Below the pieces are notes generated by a model. The model saw only the letters and a program-made list of their open reading frames with translations. It was not told where the DNA came from and searched no databases. DNA of 64,000 nucleotides from Anthoceros angustus (lineage: Eukaryota > Plantae > Anthocerotophyta): NCBI GenBank assembly GCA_010909165.1, contig MU008234.1, forward strand, positions 18,528 to 82,527, in the 5' to 3' direction. Made by a program: the position numbers and the translations under genes. Below, piece by piece: positions 36,762 to 48,947 of this stretch. Within the stretch, counting starts at the first letter, position 1. Each line of letters opens with the position of its first letter.

Positions 36762-39700
36762 ACCCACTTACAAGACACCATTTTTCCGCCAGAGGTAATT
36801 TTGACAACTCCCATGTGCCGCTCTCAATCAATGAGTCATATTCGATTTTATAGCTTTCTCCACTCCTTGTGATCAGTGTCCGCTCAAAGCCTCGCATAAG
36901 ACCGTGGTTCTACAGGTGGTCGAGGTTAGTAGCAAGATATGCTTTCACATGTGAAGAGGAAATACGATAATCGGGGCACGATAATCGTGGAGGTCGACGC
37001 TCGAGTAGGGTAACGTCGAGCAAGCTCGCTCGTTCTTGTTCAAGTTGAGGGTCTAGATCTTGTTCAAGTTCAGTTCAAACATAATCTTCTTCCTCGCTGC
37101 ATTCTCGATCACCTTCATCGTTGCATCGCAAGTGCTTGATCCGTTGAGGAATGTGATCCTACATCCGGCGCTTGGAATTTCGTTCGTGTTCTTCTTCAAA
37201 CACGCCGATTTTCCCTCCGCAGAACATTTTCATCAACAGAGCTCGAGTACCATGATCCGTCGATCATAATGAGAAAGCTCAAGACTATCCTCGCCATCGA
37301 GCATGAACATGTGCTCCCACCAAGCCCAAGTCTTTGTTTCATCAAGGTAACACTTGAGCATAAATGACCTTGTTAGAAGGAACATCATATAGTTTATATG
37401 CTTTTATCCCTTCCGTATCCCAACATGAGCAGCTCAAGGGGCCTTAGCCGAAAGCTTGGTTCGCTTCGTCTGTATGGCATATGCAAGGCGCCCAAACGCC
37501 TCAAGTGCCGGATGGATGGCCACTCGGAAAGCTTCATAAGGAGTTTTGCCTTCGATCTGTGGTGGGTAACTGCCCAAGAAAGGTTGAGGTCATCAAAGCC
37601 TCCGAAGGTAAGGGCGCTTGAGCATCATGCAAAGAATGAGGAGACCATCTCCTGCAGCAGTGTGAGATTCAAACGCCACTCCATTCTGTGGGAGTGTATA
37701 CCACCGTGAGTTGACGTCCAATGCCTTCATCTTTACGTAATCGCTGGAATTCATTAGAGGTGAATTTCGCCATTGTCGATCTTAGTGTCTTGAGCTGCTT
37801 TCTGTCCAACGCTCAATGAACTTGATGTATTCCTTGAAATAGGAGAAACATTCGCTCTTGTTCTTGAGGATGTAGGTGGTGACAAATGCTTTTGTCATCA
37901 GAACGTTAAGAAATAACGCCCACCACCAATGGACGCTTGAGATAAGGGTCCACACAAATCGATATGTACAAGCTCAAGTACATCAAGCACGGTGAGGTGC
38001 TTTGTTCTTGAAGGCCTTGGTGTTTCTTCGACAAAACACAAGCCTCACATAAGGGTATAGGAGTCAAGGGCCAATAGGTCCATCTTGATACTCAGCCCAA
38101 TTTTGTAGCTTTGCCATGTGAGGATGACCTAGGCGTGCATGCCACAACCGAGCCTTTGCCGCTTGTTGTGCGATGCAGACGCTCTTGTGTCGTGGGACTG
38201 CTACTCCAGTGCAAATGGAGACGGAGACGGATCATGGTCCAAGACCCATGCGCAAGTACCTTTCTAGGGTCAAATGCATCTATGATTCGCAACTGCTTGT
38301 GAACACGACATGATTATTGCTCGGCATTCAATCTTCTAAGAGATCGTTTCTAGTCATCTCGGGCACATGGTAGACATCTTCTAACTTGAGTGTGTTTCCG
38401 AGGAACTATTAACTCAATGCGACACAGTGAGACTAGAGACCTATCGTCCCAAGGTAAACATATTGATCCGATCAGATGTTTTAAATTCATTCCTATCAAA
38501 GCAAATATGTGCAGCACCAGATTCTAAGAACCATTCTGTTGGTTTGATTCACTTTGGAGGAAAGACAAGTGGGAAGCGACAATGGACTAGCAAACTCCCT
38601 AGTCCCAATGAAGAGCTGGGGTATTAACCTTTTACCACAACATTTGAGCTGGTTCCCTCCTTGCGAGGAACTCCGCTATGCACTCTTTTTCCCAATGGCT
38701 CCTTGCACGCCAGGTGTTCCTGCTTTGTTTCTTCCGGTGAGGATCCGCCAGCTACCCGAAGAGTTTCCACCACCTCCTTTGGAGAAGGGCTTCTTCCTCC
38801 TCGTCCTTGTTGTGAGGTGCTGTTTCCCGCTTTCTTATGGTTGGTCCTGCTGGCTTCTTCAAAGATGGAACTCACGAGCTGTGAGAAGCTCATTTCGAGC
38901 ATCTCTATGCCTTGCTTTTTAGCTAACAACGTAGCTTGTGTTTGAGCAACAGATGAGAAGTCACGAAATGTGACCATGACTGAAGCGAAAGAAGGAGCCT
39001 CATCACCATCTCATCATCTCCAATGGCAACTTTGGAGGCACCGGGCCGTGAGGCTAGGGTCCTGAAGGTACTCCATCCTCACCGTCCTTCATCCTTAGGT
39101 TCAAAATTCCTTAGAGAGCCATTACCATGTTCGGCTGAGAGTTCCTTTAGGCGATTCATGATTTCGGCCAAGTATTCACCTGCTCGCCTCAACATCTCGG
39201 TTGTCGCCCGCTGCGTATGAGGTATTTGGCTCCGTCCTTAGCTAACCATTCTTCCTCTCCAAGATCCTCGTCTGGTTTCACTACTTTTCCAAGAGCATGT
39301 TTGAGGAGGCCTCTCATTTCGAGAACGCCTCCATTCTTATAAGCCGGATGTCAAAGTCATTTCATGGAACTGTCCTTCTCCTTGAAGGACTCGCTTCCAA
39401 AATTATGTGTAGAGGATGTCACCCATTTTGGGTTCTGAACTCCTAAGAGTTTGTCCTCTGATTGAAGAAGCTTTCTAATGTGTCTTCTTCCGGTCACTAG
39501 CATGAACACTATCATGGGCACTGTAGCCACTATTCTCACCATCCATACATTCTACTTACAATGCGTGTTGGTTTTGTGGTTGCTCCTGTGCATCGGCCTA
39601 TGGTTTGTTCCCAAAGCGCTATGCGACTATCTTAGAGTTTCTCATCTCAAACTTATTGAATCGTAAGTGGAGCATGAAGGGCAAGAGTTAGGTGTATCAA

Positions 39701-40812
39701 ACTTCCTTTCATGCTTAGTTTTACTTACGTGCTTGCATCTTGTGCCTCACGAATCTTTGGGTTGGCCAACAACTCGGTTTTGACAACATTACAAGCTTGT
39801 AATCTAAGTGTGTTAGCTCTTTCAAATCCTGCATCAATGCACGACATGACAAATCAGACATCTCGCTTTCAACATTCCTATTGTTAGCCTCAAGACTGAA
39901 CAATTGTGTTTACACCTACATTGTACAACTTGTTGTGAGGAAGCAGCGTTGGTGTATGTTCTCAAGTGGGGATGTTGCACCGCTACCGTCAATTGTGAAT
40001 GTCAAGTCAAGCTCTGGGCAATTCGAGAAGTGTGTTGAAGGCTCCTGCAATGTGTCTCCTTGTGCTTGATCGGGCAAGTTGCTCCACCTAGGATGCGCCC
40101 ATGTAATTGATGTGCTGTGGTTTTGTCTCGGCATTTCGCGTCGATCCCGCCTTGGATTTGATTGTTCCTCCTAGGATTCACCGGGATTATGGTAGATATA
40201 ATTTTCCATGGCTATGTGCCACGATTGTATATACAATGCAATTCGCATTTTTCTGTTTTCTTTATATGATTTTTACATATACTCACCACCAGTTTAGTGT
40301 GCCTCCATTGAATTGCTCAAGTAGCAACTCAACTGAAGTGCGCTAGACTATCTGCTCGATCTTGCGTAATCTATATGAATTCATCAAAATAAAAATAGAA
40401 ATAAAAACAAGAATGCACCCATTCTTTTCTATCTTATGTTTCTTGATTTTAACTTATTTATAAAACAAGAAAACAATCAAAGAAAGCATTGTATTATCAT
40501 GCATTTCAATGTGCATTCATTTGAATGCAACCTACACTAGGTTAGCTCGATACCATGAAGATTTTATGGACTAATGTAGATCAATTAAACATTATAGAAT
40601 AATTACATTGTTGGATCAAGAAAGAAGTAAGTTGCTTATGCATGAAAAGACAACTAAAACTAAATTTAATGAAACGTTGTATCTATTAGAGACGTAACCC
40701 TAATGAAACGACACCATATCTAGTAAACCCTAGCTTATCATATCTTGGTAATATGGATAACTTAAACCCCTAAACCCTAACTATGATATCAACATTGTAT
40801 ATCATTACACAC

Positions 40813-41890
40813 TCCATTGTCCGACTGTGATGTTCTCCTGCTTCCAAAAGCTTGAAGCACAAGGAGGCACACACACTCTTCCGTTGCCGGACATACGGGT
40901 TCATGCGCCTGCGCCTATACCGGAGATCAAAGTTTTGAAGGAGGTCCCGGACTTCCGGTCATATGTATGGCCGATTAGATACATGATGGTCGCGCATATT
41001 CATCCGGTGAAAATTGAACAACTTATCATTCCGACCGGCTTAAAATCACCGAAGAGAGAACGCGGGGGATGCATTAGCAAGCAATATTCACATTCGACAT
41101 CGATGTACTAAGAAACCGCCGGTTGGGTTTTTAAATCTGTCCCTCCAACGATATAATAACAAGACGGTATCCACGAGAGAAAGAAAGGGACGTCATGTGT
41201 TATTCCGACGGAAGGGAGTAGCACATTTGAAAGCGTGACCTGCCTCGAGCCTTAGCCGCGCCATATGAACTGGAAAGATTATGGATGGTGGGAAGCATTC
41301 GGTGGACCAAGAAGAAAATTGCGCTTATCGTGGAGAACAATATTGGGCTCGCACTAGAAGAGCCGTGGAAATGGTTCTCTCGGGCACCCAGAGACACAAA
41401 AGACAACCACTCCAAGTTCCCGATGAAGCTATCCTTGAGGAGGCGTTGCCTATAAGAGAACTCCCCAATCGGATATGTACTTGGGGGCTTACCGATAGTT
41501 GGAAGGCAAAGCACAGGAAATGGCGCGTTTTGAATGGAGATGTAAAAGACATAAAGGAAGGGATGTTTCGCCAAAGACCGAAGACCAAATGCGCACTCCG
41601 CCGATACATAATCGGCCTTTCCAGGTTGGAAAGTTAATCAGTGAGGTTGGATGTGGAAGAGCCTCGCTCGTTCATCAAGGTTCACCTGTACAAGATCCCG
41701 AAAGCACATAGATGGCGTATGACAAGGCATACGTGGAAGAATATGTGATTCAGTCCCATCCTGAGACAGCTATTTGGGATTGGAAGGAAAAAGGGTGGGA
41801 AGGCGAATTTCCAAGAGAATATTCAAGAAGTCTTCATCAATAAAACTGCCATCACGTCAGACAGGTCTGGAGTTCAGCTTTGAATTCCGT
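40813..41890 (+). pseudogene. Sola-like transposase, C-terminal part (probably ends near 48330 after Copia B)
   Basis: Resumes after the CACAC TSD with MFSCF(S)KSLKHKEAHTL...PEIKVLKEVPDFRSYV. Removing Copia B gives ...FEF-R-KHLR and an acidic tail ending about 48330. Confidence 0.7.
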
Positions 41891-44800
41891 TGTTGGATTA
41901 ATAACCACGACGGTTAAATATCCCACTTACTTTTAGGTTATGCTATTTAGGTTATTAGGCTACTTTTGTATATAACATTTTTCTGCTCATTATTAAATAC
42001 ACATCGTTTTATTTCCATTGCTCTCGCATGCCTGCATCTTGGCCTTTCTTGCTAGATGCATGAGGTATCTCCACATGGTATCGAGCACCTTGATGGTGTC
42101 AGATCCTTTGTATCTTGCAATGCCTCGTGGTCGTGTGAGAGCGTGTGTTCTCGTGGTGAATTTCCTTCAAGGCACCGGCGTGGACCACTAATCTCTCCAC
42201 CCACTCCCAAGGCTGCCACTGGATTGCATTTTCTCGATAATTATCGAGAAATAATCCAGCGATGTCGGAAGAAGAGGCGATCGCAAGAGCAAAGAAGGCT
42301 CCATAATTTTAAAGCGAGCAAAGATTAAATAGACATCAAGAAGTTCAGCTTGTGGAAGTCACTCCAAACAAGTGACCAAGAATCGACAATTTAAAACACA
42401 ATCTAAATATCAGCATTTAGACAATAAAAGGCTGCGATCTAATTTGGAGTTTCTTGATGATGCTATAGAAGGCGAAGATTTTGATTGAAAATCACGCACA
42501 TGAGGATATCCATTCTCTTGTAGAATCTCATTGTAATCGGATTGAAAATGTGTGGCTCAATTGCGTGCAAGACAGACATTTTTCTAGAGGCTTTGCATGA
42601 GCAAGAGCGCGTGCACTTAATTGCACCGCAAGAAGTGTTTTCGTTATTTGCAATTGACAATCATTCATTCTTCTTGGGGTTTCTAATTTGCCTTCCCTTG
42701 AGAAAATGACAGACAAGCCATCCATTGCAGGAGAATCTAAATCTTCAGGGCATTGTTGCCCACCTATCACGATCCTGTGATTTGTTTCCGCTGCACAAGG
42801 AGAGGAGTTGCAATTAGGGATTTGTTCTTTGGATTCTTTGTGTCGCTCAATTGCTCCGACCCGCAGTTGCGATATGAAGAGACGGTTAGGGTTACCTGAG
42901 TATGTCACCTGCAGGCTTCCCTTCATGTTCTGCTGAATCCCAACTGCTTTCCTCCCTTTAGCCCTAGTTTATATTTATTTTTAGGGCACGTTTATTATCT
43001 TGATAGTTACACACTAAGATTTGAATGGTTACTATTCATTTACGCATTAGTTACTTCCTTGTTAGTTAGTCTTTGCTTTGCCTCCATCTTTTACATTGTA
43101 GGTAGCTACACGCATGATCATGTCATACTTTTACCTCCGATCTCAAGAGCACGAGATAGATTTAATGGCACGCGTTTTGATATTTGGAGTGTCGGGATGA
43201 AATCCACTTTACTTGCTCGTGGAGTCCGGGATGTAGTTGATGGGACAAACCCGGATCCGGCACTCCTTCTAATCCTACAAGCAGGAGCTACCGTTACTCA
43301 AAAGCAGAAGATGCATGGGATAACAGCGATTCTGTAGCCCTCCTAGTCAATGGGCTTGAGTCGATCTTGTCCCACATTGAGTTCCTTACCAATGCAAAAG
43401 CAATTTGGGATCACGAGGAACTTACAAAGTTGAAACAATGATGAGCTTATGCGATCGAGCGGCAATTTTATACCTTGCGCATGAAGGAAGGAGATTACAT
43501 TGCGGCATTCACTAGTCGGTTTAGGCACTTGCGTGCTCAAATGGTCTCTTGGCACAACTATGCAAGAGGTGGATGCGGTAGCACTGACTTCTCACCACCG
43601 CCTCCCGATTACGGACATTTGTCACCACACAAAATGGTCCCATTCGAGCTGCCGGCCAGAGTGTCAAGCTCACATATGTTATTGGGGCTCTATATCAAGA
43701 GGAAATGAGCCGCCAAATGTCATCAAGGGACAACACCGTTCTAAAGCGACAAAGTTTTTTCGACAAGAGGAGGTCGATTCAACATGAGGCGGAGGAGAGG
43801 TCAACCACCCTTTCGGCAAGCTCAACCATACGCATCAAAGACAAGGTGGCGCAATTGGTGTGGGACTCACGGGCCTTGGGCGAGAGTGCGAAGAAAAAGG
43901 CCGGGAGCCTCTGGGCAACACCTCGACCTCACTGCACACCACATCACAATCAAAGAGAAGGTTTCGAACCTCGGTCAAGCAAACCGGTTGTGAAAATATT
44001 AGATGCACGAGCACTCAAGCGAGTGGGGTGAGCGGTTGGTACCTTGATAGCGGTGCCACCGCTCACATATGTCGTGATGAGCTTCAATTCACTAGCTTGA
44101 CTCTTACCACTATTTACGAACGAGTGTTTTAGGTGATGAATCCCCCAGCGATGCACATACATGGTAAAGGCATCCGTAAGTTCCCACTTCATGATGATAC
44201 CGCCTTAGTTCTACCGGATGTTCTTTATGTTCCTAAGATGGCTAAAAATTTAATGTCACTTAGTAAGATAATGCGATGAAGGACCTCATACTTACGCCTC
44301 GAAACCACATGTTGCTTTGCTCGTCGTAGCTCACCTTCTCGCTGTATTTTCAAAAGTCCTAGATTCGAATTGTATCGTCTGGATATCTCTTGTATCCGTG
44401 AACAAGCAAATTCCACATTGTTGGTCCCTTGACAACAAGAAGTCAGATTTGGCATGCCCGCCTTGGGCATGCAAACCGTTCTAAACTTGTTGACTTATCA
44501 AAGCGGATCATAGAGCCCTTCCTCCTGCTTCAAAGATCTCATATGCGAAGTTTGTGCTTTGGCAAAACGAGACTCCTTTTCCTACCTCGTGATTTCGATC
44601 CACGGCAGCTCGAGTTAGTACATGCGACATCGTGGGAGACTTCAAGAACAATCCCTTGGTGGAGCATTATATTATTTTACTCTCACCGATGACTATAGCG
44701 GATATACATGGACCTACCCTATGGAGCATAAGAGTGACACCTTTCGGATATTTCAAGACCGGCCGTTGGTTGTTCAAAGGCAACTGGTCGATGTCAAGAT

Positions 44801-47800
44801 GTTCCGCACCGACAACGGAGGGAATTTACAAGCTCGCCTTTGAGCATCGAAACACAAGGCATTATTCATCACCGATAGTTCCATACACGCAGCAGCGTAA
44901 CGGCGGAAAGAAGAAACCAGACTGATGGGGATGACGCGCTCCATGCTTTTATGGTCTCCCAATCCTTTTAATGAGGTCATGTCACAAAGAACCTACATTT
45001 TGAACCGCCTTACCTCTCGCTCGCTTCTGGTGGCACACCTTTTCAGCTCTTTTGGAATAGAAAGCCAAGTCTTTTACATCTTCGCATATTTGGTTCTCGG
45101 GCCTTTGCTTATGTGCTGCAGAGAAGAGACGCGTAAGCTTGACAATCGCCGAGACAACTTGTATTTGTAGGCTTGAAGTGACTAAGGGCTACAAGCTTCT
45201 TGATATGCAAAATATGCAGCCCGTAGTGTTACCTTTATTGAGCATTTGGTTCCATCATCACCGATTCTCCTTATTTTACTGTGCACTTTTGGGGTTCCGC
45301 CACCAATTGTATTCGAAAATTCGGTGAGTATCCAGATGATGTTGACGGTGAGGCCGATGGTGTCATCTCCCACCGCTCCTGATACTCCACTAGATGCAGA
45401 GCCCGATGCGAACTCCGCATGACAATGCTGAAAATTCGGATCATGAGCCTCCCACAATCCGTTAACAAGAATCGTAACCGAACTCGAGCTTCTTCCCAAG
45501 CTTGATTCTTCCGTGAAGAAGAGACATTACCGCCCACCGATATTACACATGAACTCAGACGTAGGGTCTACACGTGCTCATCGCCCTCCCTCGAATGGCT
45601 AGAGCCCGTTACACATCTATTGACTTTCGTAAGTCGGTGGGAGTCTGTCCCATCCGTCCACAATGCCTCTTTGCCCATCATCCCTCCCGAGCTCGCTCTC
45701 AAAGAAGCATTTTCAGTCGATAGAGATAAGTGGAGGCATCTTTGTGGATGATGAATTCAGATCTTATGAAAATGGTACCGAAACTTGTTCCTCGTCCTAA
45801 GGCGCAAACCAATAACCCGCAAATGGGTATTCAAGCATAAGTTAGATGTCGATGGTAACATAGCACGTTATAAAGCAAGGCTCTGCGTGGATTCACACAA
45901 ATACCGGTCCGGATTTCCGTGGAGACATTTTCTCGGGTACGCTCTCAATCAATTCGCCTCATGCTTGCTTTACCGAACGTGATTTAGAATTGCAGCAAAT
46001 GGATGTAAAACGGCCTTCTTACATGGGATACTCAAGAAGAATTGTATATGGAATGTACTGAAGGCTATGAAGACCCCGATCATCCGGACTATGTATGTCA
46101 CCGATTAAGTGTATTTATGGTCTTAAACAAAGTGCGAGCGGTGGAATGCAAGACCGATACGCCTAAGGGGCCTTGGATTTACAAAGCCCTGCAGATCCTT
46201 CTGTTACATCTATGATGATGGCACCTCTTATGTTCTTCTTGTTTACGTTGATGATGCCATATTTGCCGGAAATGATACCCACTTGTTAGCACGAGTTCAA
46301 GACATGTTACGAGCAATTTGAAATGACGGATGTAGGGAGCTGAAAATTGCCTGCATACAAGTATTGAGAGTAATGCGCAGGGTTTGATCATCATCCATCA
46401 ACGTAAATACATTTAAATTCTCCAACGTTTTAACATGCGGCACATCCCGCTAACACACCTTGTGCAAGTGGAGTGAAGCTCACCAAGGATGATCCGCCGC
46501 TTGACATTGCCGACATGAAAGATGTCCCATACCGCACGCAGCTGGCAGCTTATTGTTTGTAATCGGACTCGGCGGACATCACATATGCCGTGAACACCCT
46601 CTCACTGACCGGCCGTAATCACTGGATCGCCATCAAACGAGTATTTCGTTATTTAAAGGGGACACATAATTATGGACTATGCTACAAAAGAACAGAGAAA
46701 CACCTACCTTGTCACCTTTGCCGATGCCGTGGCATCCGATGGGGACACACGCAAGAGCTTGTCTACATATGTCTTCTTCTTATCTTGCAATTACATGGAG
46801 TCAGAAGAAAAGCGATTGCCCTCTCAAGCATCAAGCGTAATATAAATGTCTCACCGATGCCGCGAAAGAAGCTGAATGGGCACGCTCTTTCCTCTCCTCG
46901 ACCGTGAGCAGCTACTCCTACTACCGACCGTGATAATCAATCGCCCTAGCCCTTGTTGATCGTCCTAGATTTCACGCTAGAACGAAACATATAGAAATTG
47001 CACATCACTACGTTAGGGATGTCAAGGCTAGGGGAATTGTCATGCTTATATCCACACGACGGAAATACACGATGTCCTCACTAAACCACCGCCCAAACAC
47101 AAACATCGGACACATGTAGAGGTTTAGGTCTAGATTTCAGCAAGTATTTTTCTGATTGAATGCTTACATGGTGGGTGACCCACGAATTTGCAATGTAACT
47201 AGTCTCCACCGTGATCCTTTTTCGCCTTGGTTGTCTTGTTCACTGCAGTGGGGAGCACCATCTGTTAGGTTAGTCACCATCGGCCTCCATGTTTTTCAGC
47301 GGATGAAGCCTCACAATTACCTAATCCTGTGACATGGAGATTGCTATCACGAGATCCTCACCTTAATGTCCTTCGCTCGTTCTCGGTGTATAGGCCACGA
47401 GTTTGAGTTCCCTCAACATTTCTCTATACTCCTCCACAACCGCCTATCATCTTCCCTTTCCTCCACCCGTGTCTCCACTTGGCATGAGTTCGAAGACGAG
47501 CCCTCGCCTCTTCCAAAAGAACCGAGCTCCTTGCACTTGCCATCAGCCCTAGCTAAGTCCGACTGCCGTGGTTGGCCAGATTTTTCTGGTACTGCAGATT
47601 TGCAGGAGCCTTGAGATTTTTCACGAGATCGCACACCGTGAGTGCCCTTGGCTAGAAAACCCGCGCTTTCAAGTTGCACCATGTTTGTGAAGAAATTCAG
47701 GTCGCGGCGCCACCAGCGATGTGAAGATCGCAACTTTTGGTAACAGCTGTGTTCGCGCGGAGCCGTGTTTATGCCGTGTTTATCTGAATCTCGCAATGGC

Positions 47801-48172
47801 TTTGTTATAAATGTATTTTGGTAGACATAGTGCAAGGAAAAGCGGGAGCGTGGCTTGTAGCGGGCTTCATATCGAAACTCTGCAGTTAAGCGGCCAGGGT
47901 GCCGATCAGTACCCGGATGGGGTGCTGACCAGAACTTATTTTGGTGGACTTTATACTGGTTTTAACCCGTCGAGGTTAAGTGGGAGTGTTGGATTAATAA
48001 CCACGACGGTTAAATATCCCACTTACTTTTAGGTTATGCTATTTAGGGTTATTAGGCTACTTTTGTATATAACATTTTTCTGCTCATTATTAAATACACA
48101 TTGTTTTATTTCCATTGCTCGTGCATGCTCGCATGTCGGCCTTTCTTGCTAGATGCATGAGGTATCTCCACA
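41891..48172 (+). mobile_element. Ty1/Copia LTR retrotransposon B
   Basis: LTRs 41891-42075 and 47987-48172 (TG...CA), PBS TGGTATCGAGC at 42076, PPT AAGTGGGAG, flanking CCGT repeat. Motifs WYLDSGATAH, IWHARLGH, FRTDNGG and KWVFKHK...RYKARL. Confidence 0.95.
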
Positions 48173-48947
48173 CCGTAAACATCTCAGATTCCATTGACAA
48201 AAGGCGATCGTGATAAGTTGAATGAATTGCGGGGCTTCATCGAGCCACCCAAAGTGCAGGAAGATGTGACGATGACGGTGAGGACATCGGGCCCTTGGAC
48301 GAGGAAGGTGTCAATTCGGGAGATGAGTGAAAAGGTTTATGAAGTGGAGGCAATCAGCGTTGGACATCAGTAGACAAGAGGGTTTATTTGTTGACTGTCC
48401 ACTTGTGGTGACCGCCATGTGTTAGGGTCAAAGTGGGGAGCTCGCGTTAGTGATAGGGAATGACCTTTTGGTACTATCCTACGGTGAGTGGAAGGTGAAC
48501 AAGTAGAGTCACCGAGGATGCAGGTGGCGACATGGACATGGCGCAAGGAGCCCCGGCCACCGCCATTTTGACCAACCCCTAGGATGTTGGAAACCCTTTT
48601 CCGCATCCCTATGTACTCTATGTTGTCAGACAATATGAAACCCATCCATACCCACGCATAAATCCTACATCGTGGGAACCCGATAGTTCAAGGCGCCGGC
48701 CCACTGGCGCCCTGAACGGCCCGTTCTTGACAAAAACAACAGACTAGGGGTTCTAGACGGACGGTTGGAAAAGAAGCACCATTCTTTTCCAATGATGACT
48801 GTGAAGATTGCCTGCAATGTCTTCAAAAGACCTTGTTTATTTAGACTATACCTCAACAACGCCGTTCCCCTTTTGTCGTTCCCGTTACTTATGGTAAGCA
48901 AACATGGGTCATATTATGCCAAATTCTGATGGCCGAACTACGCCCCT

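Larger units (their letters stand above)
28558..40807 (-). mobile_element. Ty1/Copia LTR retrotransposon A (full length, with a nested insert)
   Basis: Near-identical LTRs 28558-28816 and 40556-40807, TSD CACAC, PBS TGGTATCGAGC (reverse complement at 40545-40555), PPT AGTGGGAG. RT: WVFKLK...RYKARLVARGFSQ...FDVKTAFLNG...LYGLKQ...YVDD. RNase H: HARTKHIEV. Confidence 0.95.
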
